NCBI GenBank assembly: GCA_965237415.1
Contig: CBDEFM010000002.1
Location: forward strand, 3,488,001-3,552,000
Reading direction: 5' to 3'
DNA: 64,000 bases
From: Alphaproteobacteria bacterium
Lineage (GTDB): Bacteria; Pseudomonadota; Alphaproteobacteria; UBA828
Positions 26,749 to 38,522 of this stretch are shown here, in pieces. The number at the start of each line of letters is the position of its first letter. The stretch's first letter is position 1. A model generated the notes under the pieces. It saw only the letters and a list, made by a program, of their open reading frames with translations. It was not told the DNA's origin and did not search any database. The translations under genes were made by a program, and so were the position numbers.

Positions 26749-28487
26749 GGGACCTGGCGATACGGCGCTGGTGGCGCCGCGATCGCTCGCCGCTGCCTCC
26801 GGGTGCGACGGAAGCGCCGGCGCCGGCGCTTCTGGAGCGCGCGCGCGGCCGCCTGCTGGCCACCGGAGTGGTCTTCCTTCTCTGCTTCGGTGCGCTGATC
26901 GTGCGCACCCTCGATGTGGCGGTGATTGGCGCCCCAGTCGGCACGACGGGCGCCGGTGGAGTGGCCGCCTTCAATCCGGCCGGGCGAGCGGACATCGTGG
27001 ACCGCAACGGTGTTCTCCTGGCCTCCAACCTGCCGACCCACACGCTTTACGTGGAGCCCAGAAAGATCTTCGATCGCGAGGAGGCCCTCGCCGCGCTGGG
27101 TCGCGTGTTCCCCGATCTCGACCTGGAGCGCGCGGCCTCTCTCATCGCGTCCGGCAGAAAGACCGCGCTGCTGCGGCACAACCTGACGCCGGAGCAGTCG
27201 CACGCCATCAACCGGCTCGGTGTTCCCGGTCTCTGGTTGGAGCGCCAGGAACAGCGCCTCTATCCCCAGGGCCGCCTCTTCGCACACGCCGTCGGTTTCA
27301 CGGACGTGGACAATCGCGGCCTCGCCGGCGTCGAGAAGGCGGTCGACGAGGAGCTGCGACGGCGCGCCGAGGCCCACCAGGGCCCGCTCGCACTCTCGCT
27401 CGACATCCGGGTCCAACACGTTCTCGCCGAGGCGCTCGCCGAAACCATGAACGCTCATCGGGCGGTCGGTGCCGCCGGCATGGTGATGGATGTGGAGAGC
27501 GGCGAGTTGCTGGCCCTGGTCAGCCTACCCTCGTTCGACCCGAAGGGGCCGGACCGGAGCGGCGCGGACGCTCTCTTCAACCGCGCCACTCTCGGCACCT
27601 ACGAGCTGGGCTCGACCTTCAAGCCCTTCACCATCGCCATGGCGCTCGATCACGGCATCACCGGGATCGAGGACAGTTTCGATGCCACTGAACCGATCAA
27701 GGTCTCGCGCTACCTCATCCGCGACCACCACCCGGAAAACCGCTGGCTGACGGTGCCGGAGATACTCATCCACTCTTCCAACATCGGTGCAGCGCGGCTG
27801 GCGATGGAAGTGGGCGCGAAGCGGCAGCGGGCCTTTCTCGACGCGCTCGGCATGTTCGAGCGGATGCCGCTGGAGTCGCCGGAGCGCGGCTGGCCGATCG
27901 CGCCCCGGCGCTGGTCCGATCACACCACGATGACGGTCGGCTTCGGCCACGGGCTCGCGGTGACTCCGCTGCACCTGATCGCGAGCTATGCCGTGCTCGT
28001 CAACGGCGGCATCGCAGTGACGCCGACGCTGCTGAAGCGCGAGCCGGGCGCAAACCTGGTGCAACGGCGGGTCATCAGTGCCGAGACCTCCGCCATCATG
28101 CGCATGCTGCTCTACGCCGTGGTGGCCGAGGGCACCGGCAGGAAGGCGGCGGTTCCCGGCTACCTGGTGGGTGGGAAGACCGGCACGGCCGAAAAGGCCA
28201 TCGGCGGCGCCTACAAGCGCGACAGCATGATCACCAACTTCGTCGGCGTCTTCCCCATCGACCGGCCTCGCTATGCGGTGCTCACGCTGATGGACGAGCC
28301 CAAGGGCACCGAGGAGACCTTCGGCTTCGCCACGGCGGGCTGGACCGCGGCGCCCGTGGCCGGCACGGTCATCGAGCGCATCGCACCGCTTCTCGGAATC
28401 CCGTCCGCAATCGAGCCTGGCGAGACCGAAGAAGTGCCGTCGATCGTTTGGGAGAGCGTTGAAGGGGGGCGTCATGCGTCTCTCTGA
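26745..28487 (+). CDS. ftsI: Penicillin-binding protein 3
   Basis: RADIVDRNG, STFK (SxxK), SSN (SxN), KTGT. Confidence 0.96.
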   Translation: MRDLAIRRWWRRDRSPLPPGATEAPAPALLERARGRLLATGVVFLLCFGALIVRTLDVAVIGAPVGTTGAGGVAAFNPAGRADIVDRNGVLLASNLPTHTLYVEPRKIFDREEALAALGRVFPDLDLERAASLIASGRKTALLRHNLTPEQSHAINRLGVPGLWLERQEQRLYPQGRLFAHAVGFTDVDNRGLAGVEKAVDEELRRRAEAHQGPLALSLDIRVQHVLAEALAETMNAHRAVGAAGMVMDVESGELLALVSLPSFDPKGPDRSGADALFNRATLGTYELGSTFKPFTIAMALDHGITGIEDSFDATEPIKVSRYLIRDHHPENRWLTVPEILIHSSNIGAARLAMEVGAKRQRAFLDALGMFERMPLESPERGWPIAPRRWSDHTTMTVGFGHGLAVTPLHLIASYAVLVNGGIAVTPTLLKREPGANLVQRRVISAETSAIMRMLLYAVVAEGTGRKAAVPGYLVGGKTGTAEKAIGGAYKRDSMITNFVGVFPIDRPRYAVLTLMDEPKGTEETFGFATAGWTAAPVAGTVIERIAPLLGIPSAIEPGETEEVPSIVWESVEGGRHASL

Positions 28488-29928
28488 ACTGATCCCCCGG
28501 TCGGCGGCGGACGACGTGGAGGTCACGGGGCTCGCGTCCGATTCGCGCGCTGTGCGTCCCGGCTACCTGTTCGCGGCGCTCCCCGGCACGCGTGTCTCGG
28601 GCGTCGACTTCATCCCCGATGCCGTGGCCCGCGGCGCGGTCGCGGTGCTCGCCCCAGATGGGACCGACCCGGGCCTGGCGCGCGGAGTCAGCCTCGTGAC
28701 CGATGCCAACCCGCGGCACCGGCTCGCGGTCGCGGCCGCGCGCTACTACGGGGCTCAGCCCTCAGTAGTGGCCTGCGTCACCGGGACCAACGGCAAGACT
28801 TCGGTGGCCGACTTCACCCGCCAGATCTGGCGGGCCTCGGGCCGCAAGGCAGCGTCCCTCGGGACTCTCGGCGCCCGTATGGACGGCGGGCGGCGTCCTC
28901 TGCAGCACACGACGCCCGATCCCATCGCCCTGCATCGCGTGCTGGCCGAGCTTGCCGCAGACGGCATCGACCATCTGGCACTAGAGGCGTCGAGCCACGG
29001 GCTTGCCCAGCACCGTCTGGATGGCGTCTGCGTCGAGGCGGCGGCATTCACGACCTTCTCGCGCGATCACATGGATTACCACGCCGACCCTGACGCCTAC
29101 TTCGCGACGAAGGCGCGCCTCTTCGAGCAGGTCATGGCGGCGGACGGCACTGCAGTTCTCAACGCCGACGACGCGCGCGTGGCGAGGCTCGCCGGGCGCT
29201 GCCGCGCTCGGGGGCAGCAGGTGCTCATCTATGGCGCCGCCGGCTCGGACCTGCGGCTGTTGGCTCGCCACGACTCCGAGGTCGGCCAGGACCTGAGCGT
29301 CGCGATCCTGGGTGCCTTGCACGACGTCGCTCTGCCGTTCCCCGGCGCGTTCCAGGCACACAATGCGTTGGCTGCTGTCGGCCTCGCGCTGGCGACGGGC
29401 GTGGATGCCGCGGACGCCGTCCAAGCGCTCCGCGCTCTGGATGGCGTGCCGGGCAGGCTGCAACGGGTTGCCGGCCATCCGGCCGGTGCTGCCGTCTTCG
29501 TGGATTACGCACACACTCCCGACGCGCTGGCGGCGGCCTTGCGTGCCGTGCGCCCGCTGGTGCCGCGCACGCTCGTAGTGGTCTTCGGCTGCGGCGGCGA
29601 GCGGGATGTCGGCAAACGGCGCGAGATGGGCGAGGTCGCGGCGCGGCTCGCCGACCGGGTCGTCGTCACCGACGACAATCCCCGCCGCGAAGACCCGGCA
29701 TCGATCCGGCGGGCGATCCTCGACGCCTGTCCCGGCGCGGTGGAGATCGGCGACCGTGGCCGGGCCATTCGCACCGCGGTCGAGGGGCTGGGCGCTGGCG
29801 ACGGTCTGCTCATCGCCGGCAAGGGCCATGAGCGGGAGCAGATCGTGGGTGATCGCGAGATCGCGTTCGACGATGCCGACGTCGCACGGTCTGCCATGAC
29901 CGTGAGCGCGGGCGGATGGGCGGCATGA
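28474..29928 (+). CDS. murE: UDP-MurNAc-tripeptide synthetase
   Basis: VTGTNGKTS, EASSH, DYAHTPD, DNPR, AGKGHE. Confidence 0.97.
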   Translation: MRLSELIPRSAADDVEVTGLASDSRAVRPGYLFAALPGTRVSGVDFIPDAVARGAVAVLAPDGTDPGLARGVSLVTDANPRHRLAVAAARYYGAQPSVVACVTGTNGKTSVADFTRQIWRASGRKAASLGTLGARMDGGRRPLQHTTPDPIALHRVLAELAADGIDHLALEASSHGLAQHRLDGVCVEAAAFTTFSRDHMDYHADPDAYFATKARLFEQVMAADGTAVLNADDARVARLAGRCRARGQQVLIYGAAGSDLRLLARHDSEVGQDLSVAILGALHDVALPFPGAFQAHNALAAVGLALATGVDAADAVQALRALDGVPGRLQRVAGHPAGAAVFVDYAHTPDALAAALRAVRPLVPRTLVVVFGCGGERDVGKRREMGEVAARLADRVVVTDDNPRREDPASIRRAILDACPGAVEIGDRGRAIRTAVEGLGAGDGLLIAGKGHEREQIVGDREIAFDDADVARSAMTVSAGGWAA

Positions 29929-31355
29929 GCCGGTCTTGTCACAACGTCCCGCTGTGGACCTCGACGGAAGCCGTTGCCGCGACCGGCGGGCGGGCGCCCG
30001 AGCCCTGGAGCGCAACCGGCGTCTCCATCGACAGCCGCAGCGTCGAGGCGGGCGATCTGTTCGTCGCGCTCGCCGGCCCCAATCATGACGGCCACGACTT
30101 CGTGCAGGCCGCGTTCGAGCGCGCGGCGGCGGCGGCGATGGTAAGCCGTCAACCCGAAGCGCGAGCCGAGGGCGTGCCGCTGCTGCTTGTGGTGGATACC
30201 TTCGAGGGTCTGCGCACCCTGGCCGGCCGGGCCCGTGAGCGGAGCGCCGCCCACATCGTCGCGATCACCGGCAGTGTCGGCAAGACCGGGACCAAGGAGA
30301 TGCTTGCAAGTGCGCTCGCGAGCTGCGGCGCCACGCTCCCCAGCGCAGGCAATCTCAACAACCATATCGGCGTGCCGCTCAGCCTCGCCCGTCTGCCGCA
30401 GGGCGCCGCCTACGGCGTGTTCGAGGTCGGGATGAATCATCCCGGCGAGATCGGCCCGCTCTCCCGTCTGGCCCGTCCGCATACCGTGTTGATTACCACA
30501 ATCGCCGCGACTCACACCGAATTCTTCACCAGCCTCGACGCTGTCGCCGACGCCAAGGCCGAGATTTTCGAAGGTCTCGAGCCGGGCGGCACGGCCGTGT
30601 TGAACCGGGACAACGACTATTTCGATCGGCTGGCCGCCGCCGCGCGCAGCGCAGGCGCGGGACGCATCGTGTCGTTCGGCGAGAACGCGCGCGCGGATGC
30701 GCGGCTCCTCGCATGGCAACCCACCGCCACCGGCGGCACCGTGACCGCTGCGATCGACGGCGCCGTACTTCACTACGAAATCGCGTTCTCCGGCCGGCAC
30801 TGGGCGTTGAACAGTGTGGCCGTGCTGGCCTGTGTCCGCGCCGCCGGCGCACCGGTCGAGCATGCAGCCCGCGCGCTCCGCACGGTTGCGCCGGGTGCGG
30901 GCCGGGGCGTGCGCCACCGCATTCCGGTTGCGGGCGGTCTCTGCGAGTTGATCGATGAGAGCTACAACGCGAGCCCGGCGGCCGTTCGCGCGGCAATCGC
31001 AACGCTTGCCGAGATAGCTCCGCTCGCGCCGGGCGGACGGCGGCTCGCCGTGCTCGGCGACATGCTGGAGCTCGGCGAGGCGGCAGAGCGCTGGCACGCC
31101 GAACTCGCCGGCGATCTCGAAGCCGCCGGGATCGATCTCGTCTTCACCGTGGGCCCGCTGATGGCCCACCTCCATCGCGCTCTCGACCCTGCCCGACGCG
31201 GCGCCCACGCACCGGACTCGGAAGATCTGACCGACATTCTGCGCGCGGAACTCCGTTCGGGCGACGTGGTTCTGGTCAAGGGCTCGCTCGGCAGCCGCAT
31301 GGGGCCGATCGTGCGGAGTCTCGCCGCCGATGCGACGGCCGCTCGACGGTCATGA
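29925..31355 (+). CDS. murF: UDP-MurNAc-pentapeptide synthetase
   Basis: ITGSVGKT, NNHIGVP, DESYNASP, GDMLELG, LVKGS. Confidence 0.97.
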   Translation: MSRSCHNVPLWTSTEAVAATGGRAPEPWSATGVSIDSRSVEAGDLFVALAGPNHDGHDFVQAAFERAAAAAMVSRQPEARAEGVPLLLVVDTFEGLRTLAGRARERSAAHIVAITGSVGKTGTKEMLASALASCGATLPSAGNLNNHIGVPLSLARLPQGAAYGVFEVGMNHPGEIGPLSRLARPHTVLITTIAATHTEFFTSLDAVADAKAEIFEGLEPGGTAVLNRDNDYFDRLAAAARSAGAGRIVSFGENARADARLLAWQPTATGGTVTAAIDGAVLHYEIAFSGRHWALNSVAVLACVRAAGAPVEHAARALRTVAPGAGRGVRHRIPVAGGLCELIDESYNASPAAVRAAIATLAEIAPLAPGGRRLAVLGDMLELGEAAERWHAELAGDLEAAGIDLVFTVGPLMAHLHRALDPARRGAHAPDSEDLTDILRAELRSGDVVLVKGSLGSRMGPIVRSLAADATAARRS

Positions 31356-31376
31356 CTGAGAAGGGCTCGCCGCGCC

Positions 31377-32462
31377 ATGTTCTTCAACCTGCTGTATCCG
31401 CTCTCGGACTCGATCGGCATCTTCAACGTCTTCCAGTACCTGACGTTTCGCACCGGCGCGGCGGTGGTGACCGGTCTGCTCATCAGCTTCGCCTTCGGGC
31501 CGGCGCTGATACGTGCGCTGCGCGCGCGTCAAACGCTGGGCCAGCCCATCCGTGCCGACGGGCCCGAGACCCACGCGGCCAAGGCGGGGACGCCGACCAT
31601 GGGCGGGGTGTTGATCCTGCTTGCCGTCACCGTGGCGACGCTGCTCTGGGCCGACATGACCAATCCGCTCATCTGGGCGCTGCTGGTGGTCACGATCGGG
31701 TTCGGTGCCATCGGCTTCACCGACGACGCGATGAAACTTCTGAATCGCAGCCACCGAGGCCTGAACATCCGCATCAAGGTCGCCGCCGAGCTGGTGCTTG
31801 CGCTGGGAGTCGTCTTCTGGGTCACGATGATTCTGGAGGCGCCGCTCGATCACGGCCTCGCGTTGCCCTTCGTGAAGTCGCTGCTGATCGACATCGGCTG
31901 GTTCTCGGTGCCCTTCGCCGTCTTCGTCGTCATCGGCTCGTCCAATGCCGTCAACCTGACCGACGGCCTCGACGGCCTGGCGATCGTGCCGATCATGATC
32001 GCCGCCGCCTGCTTCGCCCTGATCGCCTACGTGGTGGGCAACAGCGTGTTCGCCGACTACCTCCAGGTCCACCACGTGCCAGGCTCCGGCGAGCTTGCGG
32101 TCTTCTGCGGTGCTCTGGTCGGCGCGGGACTGGGTTTCCTCTGGTTCAACGCCCCGCCGGCGATGGTCTTCATGGGGGACACCGGCTCGCTCTCCGCCGG
32201 TGCAGCGCTCGGCCTCGTCGCGGTGATGACCAAGCACGAGATTGTGCTCGCCATCGTGGGCGGGCTGTTCGTGCTCGAAGCGGTCTCGGTGATCGTGCAG
32301 GTCGCCTCGTTCAAGCTCCTTGGTCGGCGGGTCTTCGCGATGGCACCGCTGCACCATCATTTCGAGAAGAAGGGGTTCGCGGAACCGACCATCGTCATTC
32401 GCTTCTGGGTGATTGCCGTGATCCTCGCCCTGATCGGGCTCTCGACGCTCAAGCTGAGGTGA
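31377..32462 (+). CDS. mraY: Phospho-MurNAc-pentapeptide transferase
   Basis: [37 protein letters not shown]. Confidence 0.98.
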   Translation: MFFNLLYPLSDSIGIFNVFQYLTFRTGAAVVTGLLISFAFGPALIRALRARQTLGQPIRADGPETHAAKAGTPTMGGVLILLAVTVATLLWADMTNPLIWALLVVTIGFGAIGFTDDAMKLLNRSHRGLNIRIKVAAELVLALGVVFWVTMILEAPLDHGLALPFVKSLLIDIGWFSVPFAVFVVIGSSNAVNLTDGLDGLAIVPIMIAAACFALIAYVVGNSVFADYLQVHHVPGSGELAVFCGALVGAGLGFLWFNAPPAMVFMGDTGSLSAGAALGLVAVMTKHEIVLAIVGGLFVLEAVSVIVQVASFKLLGRRVFAMAPLHHHFEKKGFAEPTIVIRFWVIAVILALIGLSTLKLR

Positions 32463-32466
32463 GCCT

Positions 32467-33846
32467 GTGATCCGGGTCCCGCTCTATCGCAACCGGCCGG
32501 TGGCCGTGCTCGGGCTCGCCCGCTCCGGCCTCGCCGCAGCGCGGGCGCTCAGCGCCGGCGGTGCCCGCGTGCTCTGTTGGGACGATCTGCCGGCGGCGCG
32601 CGCGGCGGCACGGGACCAAGGCTTCGAGGTGCGACCCGCTGGCGCCGAGGACGGCATTGCTGCTCTGGTGCCAAGCCCCGGTGTCCCGCTCTCACACCCC
32701 GCCATCGTTGCCGCCCACGATGCTGGCGTCGAGTTGGTCGGCGATATCGAGCTCCTCTGGCGCACGTTGCCGGAGCCCCGCTACATCGGCGTCACCGGCA
32801 CCAACGGCAAATCGACGACGACGGCGCTCATCGGTCATCTGCTGCGTTCGGCCGGCACCCGCCACGTTCGGGTCGGCGGCAATCTGGGGACCGCCGCCCT
32901 CGATCTTGCGCCGGTGCCAGGCGACGGGACCTTCGTCCTCGAGCTCTCCTCCTACCAGCTCGATTTGACCGTCGAGACGACCTTCGACATCGGCGTGCTC
33001 CTGAATGTCGCTCCGGACCATCTCGACCGTCACGGAACCATGGCGGCCTACGTCGACGCGAAGCGCCAGATTTTCCGCCCCGGCCGGCTCGGGACTGCCG
33101 TCATCGGCATCGACGATCCGATCTCGCGCGTCGTCCACGAGTCGCTCCGGGAGCGGGCACAGCTCCAGGTGGTGCCGGTGACCGTGGCGGCCCGATCGCG
33201 CCAAGGCGTTTCCGTCGCAAAGGGGATTCTTCACGAGAATGGCAAGGCGGTCTGCGACCTTTCGCAGGCGGCAGCATTGCCCGGAACGCACAACTGGCAG
33301 AACGCCGCGGCGGCCTTCGCAGCGGCACGGGCCTGCGGGCTCCCGCCCGACCGGCTGGCGCAGGCGCTCCTGGATTTTCCCGGCCTGCCCCACCGGATGG
33401 AGAAGATCGGCAGCGTCGGTGGCATCCCGGTCATCAACGACAGCAAGGCGACGAATGCCGAGGCGGCGGCGCGGGCGATCGCTTGCTTCGAGAATGTCTA
33501 CTGGATCGCCGGCGGGCGGCCCAAGGAAGGCGGAATCGACGCCATCGCGCCCGTCTTCCCGCGCATCGCCCATGCTTTCCTCATCGGCGAGGCCGAGGAG
33601 CGCTTCGCGACCACGCTCGAGGGTCAACTGCCGGTAACCCGCTGCGGCACCCTCGACCGCGCCGTGGCGGCCGCGCTCGACGCCGCCTGCCAGAACGGGC
33701 GCGAGGGCACCGTAGTGCTGTTCTCGCCGGCCTGTGCATCGTTCGATCAGTTCAGCGACTTCGAGCAGCGCGGCGATCGGTTTCGCGCGCTGGTTGCCGT
33801 CGATCGGGCCGCCGCCGGGGAGGAGGCTAAGTCGTGCACGCGGTGA
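32467..33846 (+). CDS. murD: UDP-MurNAc-L-Ala:D-Glu ligase
   Basis: GLARSG, GTNGKSTT, ELSSYQL, NDSKATN, SPACASFDQF. Confidence 0.97.
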   Translation: MIRVPLYRNRPVAVLGLARSGLAAARALSAGGARVLCWDDLPAARAAARDQGFEVRPAGAEDGIAALVPSPGVPLSHPAIVAAHDAGVELVGDIELLWRTLPEPRYIGVTGTNGKSTTTALIGHLLRSAGTRHVRVGGNLGTAALDLAPVPGDGTFVLELSSYQLDLTVETTFDIGVLLNVAPDHLDRHGTMAAYVDAKRQIFRPGRLGTAVIGIDDPISRVVHESLRERAQLQVVPVTVAARSRQGVSVAKGILHENGKAVCDLSQAAALPGTHNWQNAAAAFAAARACGLPPDRLAQALLDFPGLPHRMEKIGSVGGIPVINDSKATNAEAAARAIACFENVYWIAGGRPKEGGIDAIAPVFPRIAHAFLIGEAEERFATTLEGQLPVTRCGTLDRAVAAALDAACQNGREGTVVLFSPACASFDQFSDFEQRGDRFRALVAVDRAAAGEEAKSCTR

Positions 33847-34970
33847 CGCCCTTCTCCCGCGCGGACACGAGCCTGCTCGGCCGCTGGTGGTGGGCTGTCG
33901 ACCGCTGGGTGCTGACAGCGGTGCTGTTGCTCATGCTGGTCGGCGCGGCCCTGGCGCTGGCCGCCAGCCCGGCCGCCGCCGAGCGGATCGGCCTCGATTC
34001 CTTCCACTTTGCCCGCCAGCACCTGCTCTTCCTGCCGGTGGCGCTGATCGTGATGCTTGGCGTGTCGCTGCTCTCCCGCGCCGGCGTCAAGCGGATCGGC
34101 ACCACAGGCACCGTCCTGAGCATCGCTCTTCTTGCACTCACGCTCATCATCGGGGCGGAGCTGAACGGTGCGCGCCGGTGGTTGCCGCTGGGCGGTTTTC
34201 ACCTGCAGCCGTCCGAATTCGCCAAGCCCTGCCTTGCAGTGTTCATGGCTGCGGTCCTCGCGCGATCTAAGGAAGAGCAGCTGCCCTACGGCAAGCTCTT
34301 CGCGTCGGTCCCCGTGATCCTCGCCGCGCTTCTTCTCGTCCTGCAGCCGGATATCGGGATGGCGACGACGGTGGCCGCCGTCTGGTTCGTGCAGATGTTC
34401 GTGGCCGGCATGCCACTCGCGCTTGCAGTGGTGGGCGGCACAGCGACGGCAGGCGGCCTCTTTTTCGCCTACCACCATCTGACGCATGTCAAGAACCGCA
34501 TCGACCAGTTCATCGACCCCACGACCGGCGATACCTATCAGGTCGACACCTCGCTGCGCGCCTTCGAGGCCGGGGGGCTGTTCGGCCGCGGGCCGGGCGA
34601 GGGGACCGTCAAGAACGCGCTGCCCGATGCGCACACCGACTTCATCTTTGCCGTTGCCGCCGAGGAGTTCGGCGTCATCGCCTGCATCGTCATCATCGGG
34701 CTGTTCGCCTTCATCGTCTTCCGCGGATTCGCCCGCGCCATGCGCGGCGGCGATCTGTTCTCGCTGATCGCGGTCGCCGGCCTGCTCGCCCAATTCGGCT
34801 TCCAGGCCCTGATCAACATGGGAGTCGCAATCAGACTCCTTCCCGCCAAGGGGATGACCCTTCCGTTCCTGAGCTACGGCGGCTCGTCGGCGATGGCGAC
34901 CGCAATCGGCCTCGGAATGGTGCTCGCGCTGACCCGCGAACGGCGGAGCGGAGAAGGATACGTGCTTTGA
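33834..34970 (+). CDS. ftsW: SEDS peptidoglycan polymerase
   Basis: [38 protein letters not shown]. Confidence 0.97.
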   Translation: MHAVTPFSRADTSLLGRWWWAVDRWVLTAVLLLMLVGAALALAASPAAAERIGLDSFHFARQHLLFLPVALIVMLGVSLLSRAGVKRIGTTGTVLSIALLALTLIIGAELNGARRWLPLGGFHLQPSEFAKPCLAVFMAAVLARSKEEQLPYGKLFASVPVILAALLLVLQPDIGMATTVAAVWFVQMFVAGMPLALAVVGGTATAGGLFFAYHHLTHVKNRIDQFIDPTTGDTYQVDTSLRAFEAGGLFGRGPGEGTVKNALPDAHTDFIFAVAAEEFGVIACIVIIGLFAFIVFRGFARAMRGGDLFSLIAVAGLLAQFGFQALINMGVAIRLLPAKGMTLPFLSYGGSSAMATAIGLGMVLALTRERRSGEGYVL

Positions 34971-36121
34971 GAACGCCTGCGCCCAACCCTCCCATTCTCC
35001 TCGCAGCAGGCGGAACTGGCGGCCACGTGTTTCCGGCGGAGGCCCTTGCGGCGGAGCTGGAAGCACGTGGCCGTCGTCTTGTTCTCATGACGGATCGGAG
35101 GGGCGTCGCATTCGGCGACGTTCTGGGGCGCATCGAAAGACACGCCATCGCCAGCCGGAGCCCGAGCGTACGCGGGCCGTTGGCGCGCGGCCTCGCCGTG
35201 CTCGGGCTCGTGCGTGCGGTCATACAGGCCGCGTGCGTGCTGCGCCGGATTCGCCCGGCGGCGGCCGTGGGATTCGGCGGCTATCCGTCGGTGCCGCCGC
35301 TGGTGGCGAGCGGGCGGCTCGGCATCCCGAGCGTGCTGCACGAGCAGAATGCGGTGCTCGGGCGCGCCAACCGGATGCTCGCCCGCCGCGCGGCGGCGAT
35401 CGCCACGTCGTTTCCAGAGACCGAGCGGATTCCCCGCAACCGTGCGGGCCTCGTCACGCATGTGGGAAACCCCGTGCGCGCCGCCATCGCGGCGTTGCGC
35501 GGCACTCAGTACGACCCGCCCGCACCGGACGGGCCGTTCCGCCTGCTGGTGACCGGCGGCAGCCAGGGTGCGCGGGTTTTCGCCGAAATCGTACCGGCGG
35601 CGGTGGCGGCGCTGCCGCAGTCTCTCCGGCGGCGGATCGAGGTGAGCCAGCAATGCCGCCCGGAGGACCTGGCTGGAGTCGAGCGCAGCTACGGCGAGGC
35701 GGGGGTGGAGGCGCGGCTCGCGCGCTTCTTCGAGGACATGCCGGCGCGCCTCGGCGAGGCGCACCTCGTGATCTGCCGCGCAGGCGCGTCGACCATCGCC
35801 GAGCTCGCCGCAGCGGGACGGCCGGCGATCCTGGTGCCGCTGCCGATCGCCGCGGACGACCACCAGAGCGCGAACGGGCGGGCCATGGTGGCAGCCGGTG
35901 CGGCCATCATGATCGCGCAGCCATCGTTCACGTCGGCGCGGCTCGCTCAGGAGCTCGAGACGCTCATGGCAGAGCCCGCCGAGCTGACCCGGCGCGCGGC
36001 CTCGGCACAGAGCTTCGCCCGGCCCGATGCGGCACACGCACTGGCCGACCTCGTCGAGGGCCTGATCGGCGGCCCGGCCCAACAGGCGGCGTTGGCGGAA
36101 CGCGGCGGGGGCGCGGCATGA
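34967..36121 (+). CDS. murG: Lipid II GlcNAc transferase
   Basis: [36 protein letters not shown]. Confidence 0.97.
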   Translation: MRTPAPNPPILLAAGGTGGHVFPAEALAAELEARGRRLVLMTDRRGVAFGDVLGRIERHAIASRSPSVRGPLARGLAVLGLVRAVIQAACVLRRIRPAAAVGFGGYPSVPPLVASGRLGIPSVLHEQNAVLGRANRMLARRAAAIATSFPETERIPRNRAGLVTHVGNPVRAAIAALRGTQYDPPAPDGPFRLLVTGGSQGARVFAEIVPAAVAALPQSLRRRIEVSQQCRPEDLAGVERSYGEAGVEARLARFFEDMPARLGEAHLVICRAGASTIAELAAAGRPAILVPLPIAADDHQSANGRAMVAAGAAIMIAQPSFTSARLAQELETLMAEPAELTRRAASAQSFARPDAAHALADLVEGLIGGPAQQAALAERGGGAA

Positions 36122-37563
36122 AGGCGATGCCCTTCACCATCGGCACGATCCACTTCGTCGGCATCGGCGGAATCGGCATGAGCGGCATTGCCGAGATCAT
36201 GCATAACCTCGGCTACCGGGTCCAAGGCAGCGACATCGCCGAGAGCGCGACCGTGCGTCGCCTGCGCGCGCTGGGCATTCCGATCTCCCGCGGCCACGGT
36301 GCCGAGACCATCGACGACGTGGCGGTGCTGGTCGTCTCGTCGGCCATCGCCGAAGACAACGTCGAGATCGTGGCCGCCGGCGAGCGCCACATCCCCGTGG
36401 TGCAACGGGCCGAGATGCTGGCCGAGCTGATGCGGCTCAAGTGGTCGGTGGCGGTTGCCGGCACCCACGGCAAGACGACCACGACCTCGATCATCGCAGC
36501 CATGCTCGACTGCGCCGGGATGGATCCGACGGTCATCAACGGTGGCATCATCAATGCCTACGGCACCAACGCACGCCTGGGCGCCGGCGATTGGATGGTC
36601 GTCGAGGCCGACGAGTCCGACGGCAGCTTTGTCAAGCTGCCGGCCATCGCCGCCGTCATCACCAATATCGACCGCGAGCACATGGAGTTTTACGGCGACT
36701 TCGACGCCGTGCGTTGGGCCTATCAGTCCTTTGTCGAGAACATCCCCTTCTACGGTGTCGCCGCGCTCTGCATCGACCACCCGGAGGTGCAGGCCCTGAT
36801 CGGGCGCATCGAGGACCGGCGCATCGTGACATACGGCTTGAGCCCCCAAGCCGAGGTGAGGGCGGTCAACATCGCTGGCGACCTGCTGGGCTCGACCTTC
36901 GATGTCGTCGTCTCCGGCTACGTCCACGAGCGGCACGGCACCATGGAGGGTGTGCGGCTCCCGATGCTGGGCGCGCACAACGTGCAGAACGCCCTCGCGG
37001 CGATCGCCGTCGGCCGCGAGATGGGCTTTCCCGAGGCCGTGATCCGCCGCTCGCTGGCGGAATTTGCAGGTGTCGAGCGCCGCTTCACCAAGGTCGGCGT
37101 CGTTGGCGGGGTCACGGTGATCGACGATTACGGACACCACCCGGTCGAGATCGCCGCCGTCCTCAGCGCCGCACGCAGCGCTTATCACCGGCGCATCGTC
37201 GCCGTCGTGCAGCCCCATCGCTACACGCGCCTGCGCGATCTCTTCGAGGAGTTCTGCAGCTGCTTCAACGACGCAGACACGGTCGTCGTCGCCGACGTTC
37301 ATCCTGCCGGCGAGCAGCCCATCGAAGGGATCGACCGCGAGGCGTTGGTCGAGGGCCTGTGGCGCCACGGCCACCGCCATGTGCTCCCGCTCGAGGAGCC
37401 CGAAGCCTTGCCGGCAATGATCGACACCCTGGTGGAGCCCGGCGACCTCGTCGTCTGCCTCGGCGCCGGCAGCATCACCCACTGGGCACGGGCGCTTCCC
37501 GCCGCCCTCGAAGGCCTCGGGGACGGCGCGAGGGCGGCAAGCCCGGCCGGGCAGTCGTCATGA
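36118..37563 (+). CDS. murC: UDP-MurNAc-L-Ala ligase
   Basis: [33 protein letters not shown]; ATGA overlap start. Confidence 0.97.
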   Translation: MKAMPFTIGTIHFVGIGGIGMSGIAEIMHNLGYRVQGSDIAESATVRRLRALGIPISRGHGAETIDDVAVLVVSSAIAEDNVEIVAAGERHIPVVQRAEMLAELMRLKWSVAVAGTHGKTTTTSIIAAMLDCAGMDPTVINGGIINAYGTNARLGAGDWMVVEADESDGSFVKLPAIAAVITNIDREHMEFYGDFDAVRWAYQSFVENIPFYGVAALCIDHPEVQALIGRIEDRRIVTYGLSPQAEVRAVNIAGDLLGSTFDVVVSGYVHERHGTMEGVRLPMLGAHNVQNALAAIAVGREMGFPEAVIRRSLAEFAGVERRFTKVGVVGGVTVIDDYGHHPVEIAAVLSAARSAYHRRIVAVVQPHRYTRLRDLFEEFCSCFNDADTVVVADVHPAGEQPIEGIDREALVEGLWRHGHRHVLPLEEPEALPAMIDTLVEPGDLVVCLGAGSITHWARALPAALEGLGDGARAASPAGQSS

Positions 37564-38522
37564 TGGCGAGCAGCAAGATGGCAGACTGGGACGACAGGCT
37601 GCCAAGGGTTCGCGGCCGCTATGCGTTCGACGTTGACCTCTCCCGGACGGTCTGGTTCCGCGCCGGCGGCCGCGCCGATGTCGTGTTTCGGCCGGCGGAT
37701 ATTGACGATCTCGCGCACTTCCTCGCTGCCCGCCCTGCCGATGTGCCGGTAACCGTGATCGGCCTCGGCTCCAACCTTCTGGTGCGCGACGGCGGCGTGG
37801 AGGGCGTTGTCGTCCGCCTGCGGCAGGGATTTCGCGATGTGCGCGTGCGTTGGCAGGATGAGCGCGCGCTGGTCGATGCCGGCGCCGGCGCTCTCGACAT
37901 GAACGTCGCTCGCTATTGCCGCGATCAAGGGGTCGACGGCCTGGCCTTTCTCAGCGGCATTCCCGGCACCATCGGCGGCGCGCTCCGCATGAATGCGGGC
38001 GCCTACGGCTACGAGATGGCCGATGTTCTCGTCGAGGCGCGGGCGCTTGACGGCGACGGCACCATGCACGTGCTCGCGCCGGATGCGATGGGCCTCTCCT
38101 ACCGCCATTCGGACGTGCCGGACGACTGGATACTTGTCTCGGCCGTACTCGCCGGGCGTCGTGGAGAACCCGCTGCGATCGCCCGTCATATGGAAGAGAT
38201 CAACGCCGCGCGGGAAGCGAGTCAGCCGATCCGCGCCCGCACCGGCGGCAGCACCTTCACCAACCCCGAAGGCCACAAGGCGTGGGAGTTGATCGACAAG
38301 GCCGGCTGCCGCGGCCTCGCCCGGGGCGGAGCCCAGATTTCGGAGCAGCACTGCAACTTTATCGTCAATGCCGGCGGCGCTACGGCCTCGGACATCGAGG
38401 GGCTCGGCGAGGAGGTTCGCCGCCGCGTCGAGCAGAAAACCGGCCTCTCGCTCAAGTGGGAGATTCGCAGGATCGGCCGACACGGCTGCTGGCCCGAGGA
38501 TAGAGGGGAAGGCGAAGTATGA
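37560..38522 (+). CDS. murB: UDP-GlcNAc-enolpyruvate reductase
   Basis: [41 protein letters not shown]. Confidence 0.96.
   Translation: MMASSKMADWDDRLPRVRGRYAFDVDLSRTVWFRAGGRADVVFRPADIDDLAHFLAARPADVPVTVIGLGSNLLVRDGGVEGVVVRLRQGFRDVRVRWQDERALVDAGAGALDMNVARYCRDQGVDGLAFLSGIPGTIGGALRMNAGAYGYEMADVLVEARALDGDGTMHVLAPDAMGLSYRHSDVPDDWILVSAVLAGRRGEPAAIARHMEEINAAREASQPIRARTGGSTFTNPEGHKAWELIDKAGCRGLARGGAQISEQHCNFIVNAGGATASDIEGLGEEVRRRVEQKTGLSLKWEIRRIGRHGCWPEDRGEGEV

Noticed and set aside
35233-38522. Apparent long N-terminal fusions of murC and murB (also argH 47693, ftsA 39947, SDR 13110)
   Set aside because: Open-frame extensions over neighbouring genes; the real starts with an RBS or ATGA overlap lie downstream.
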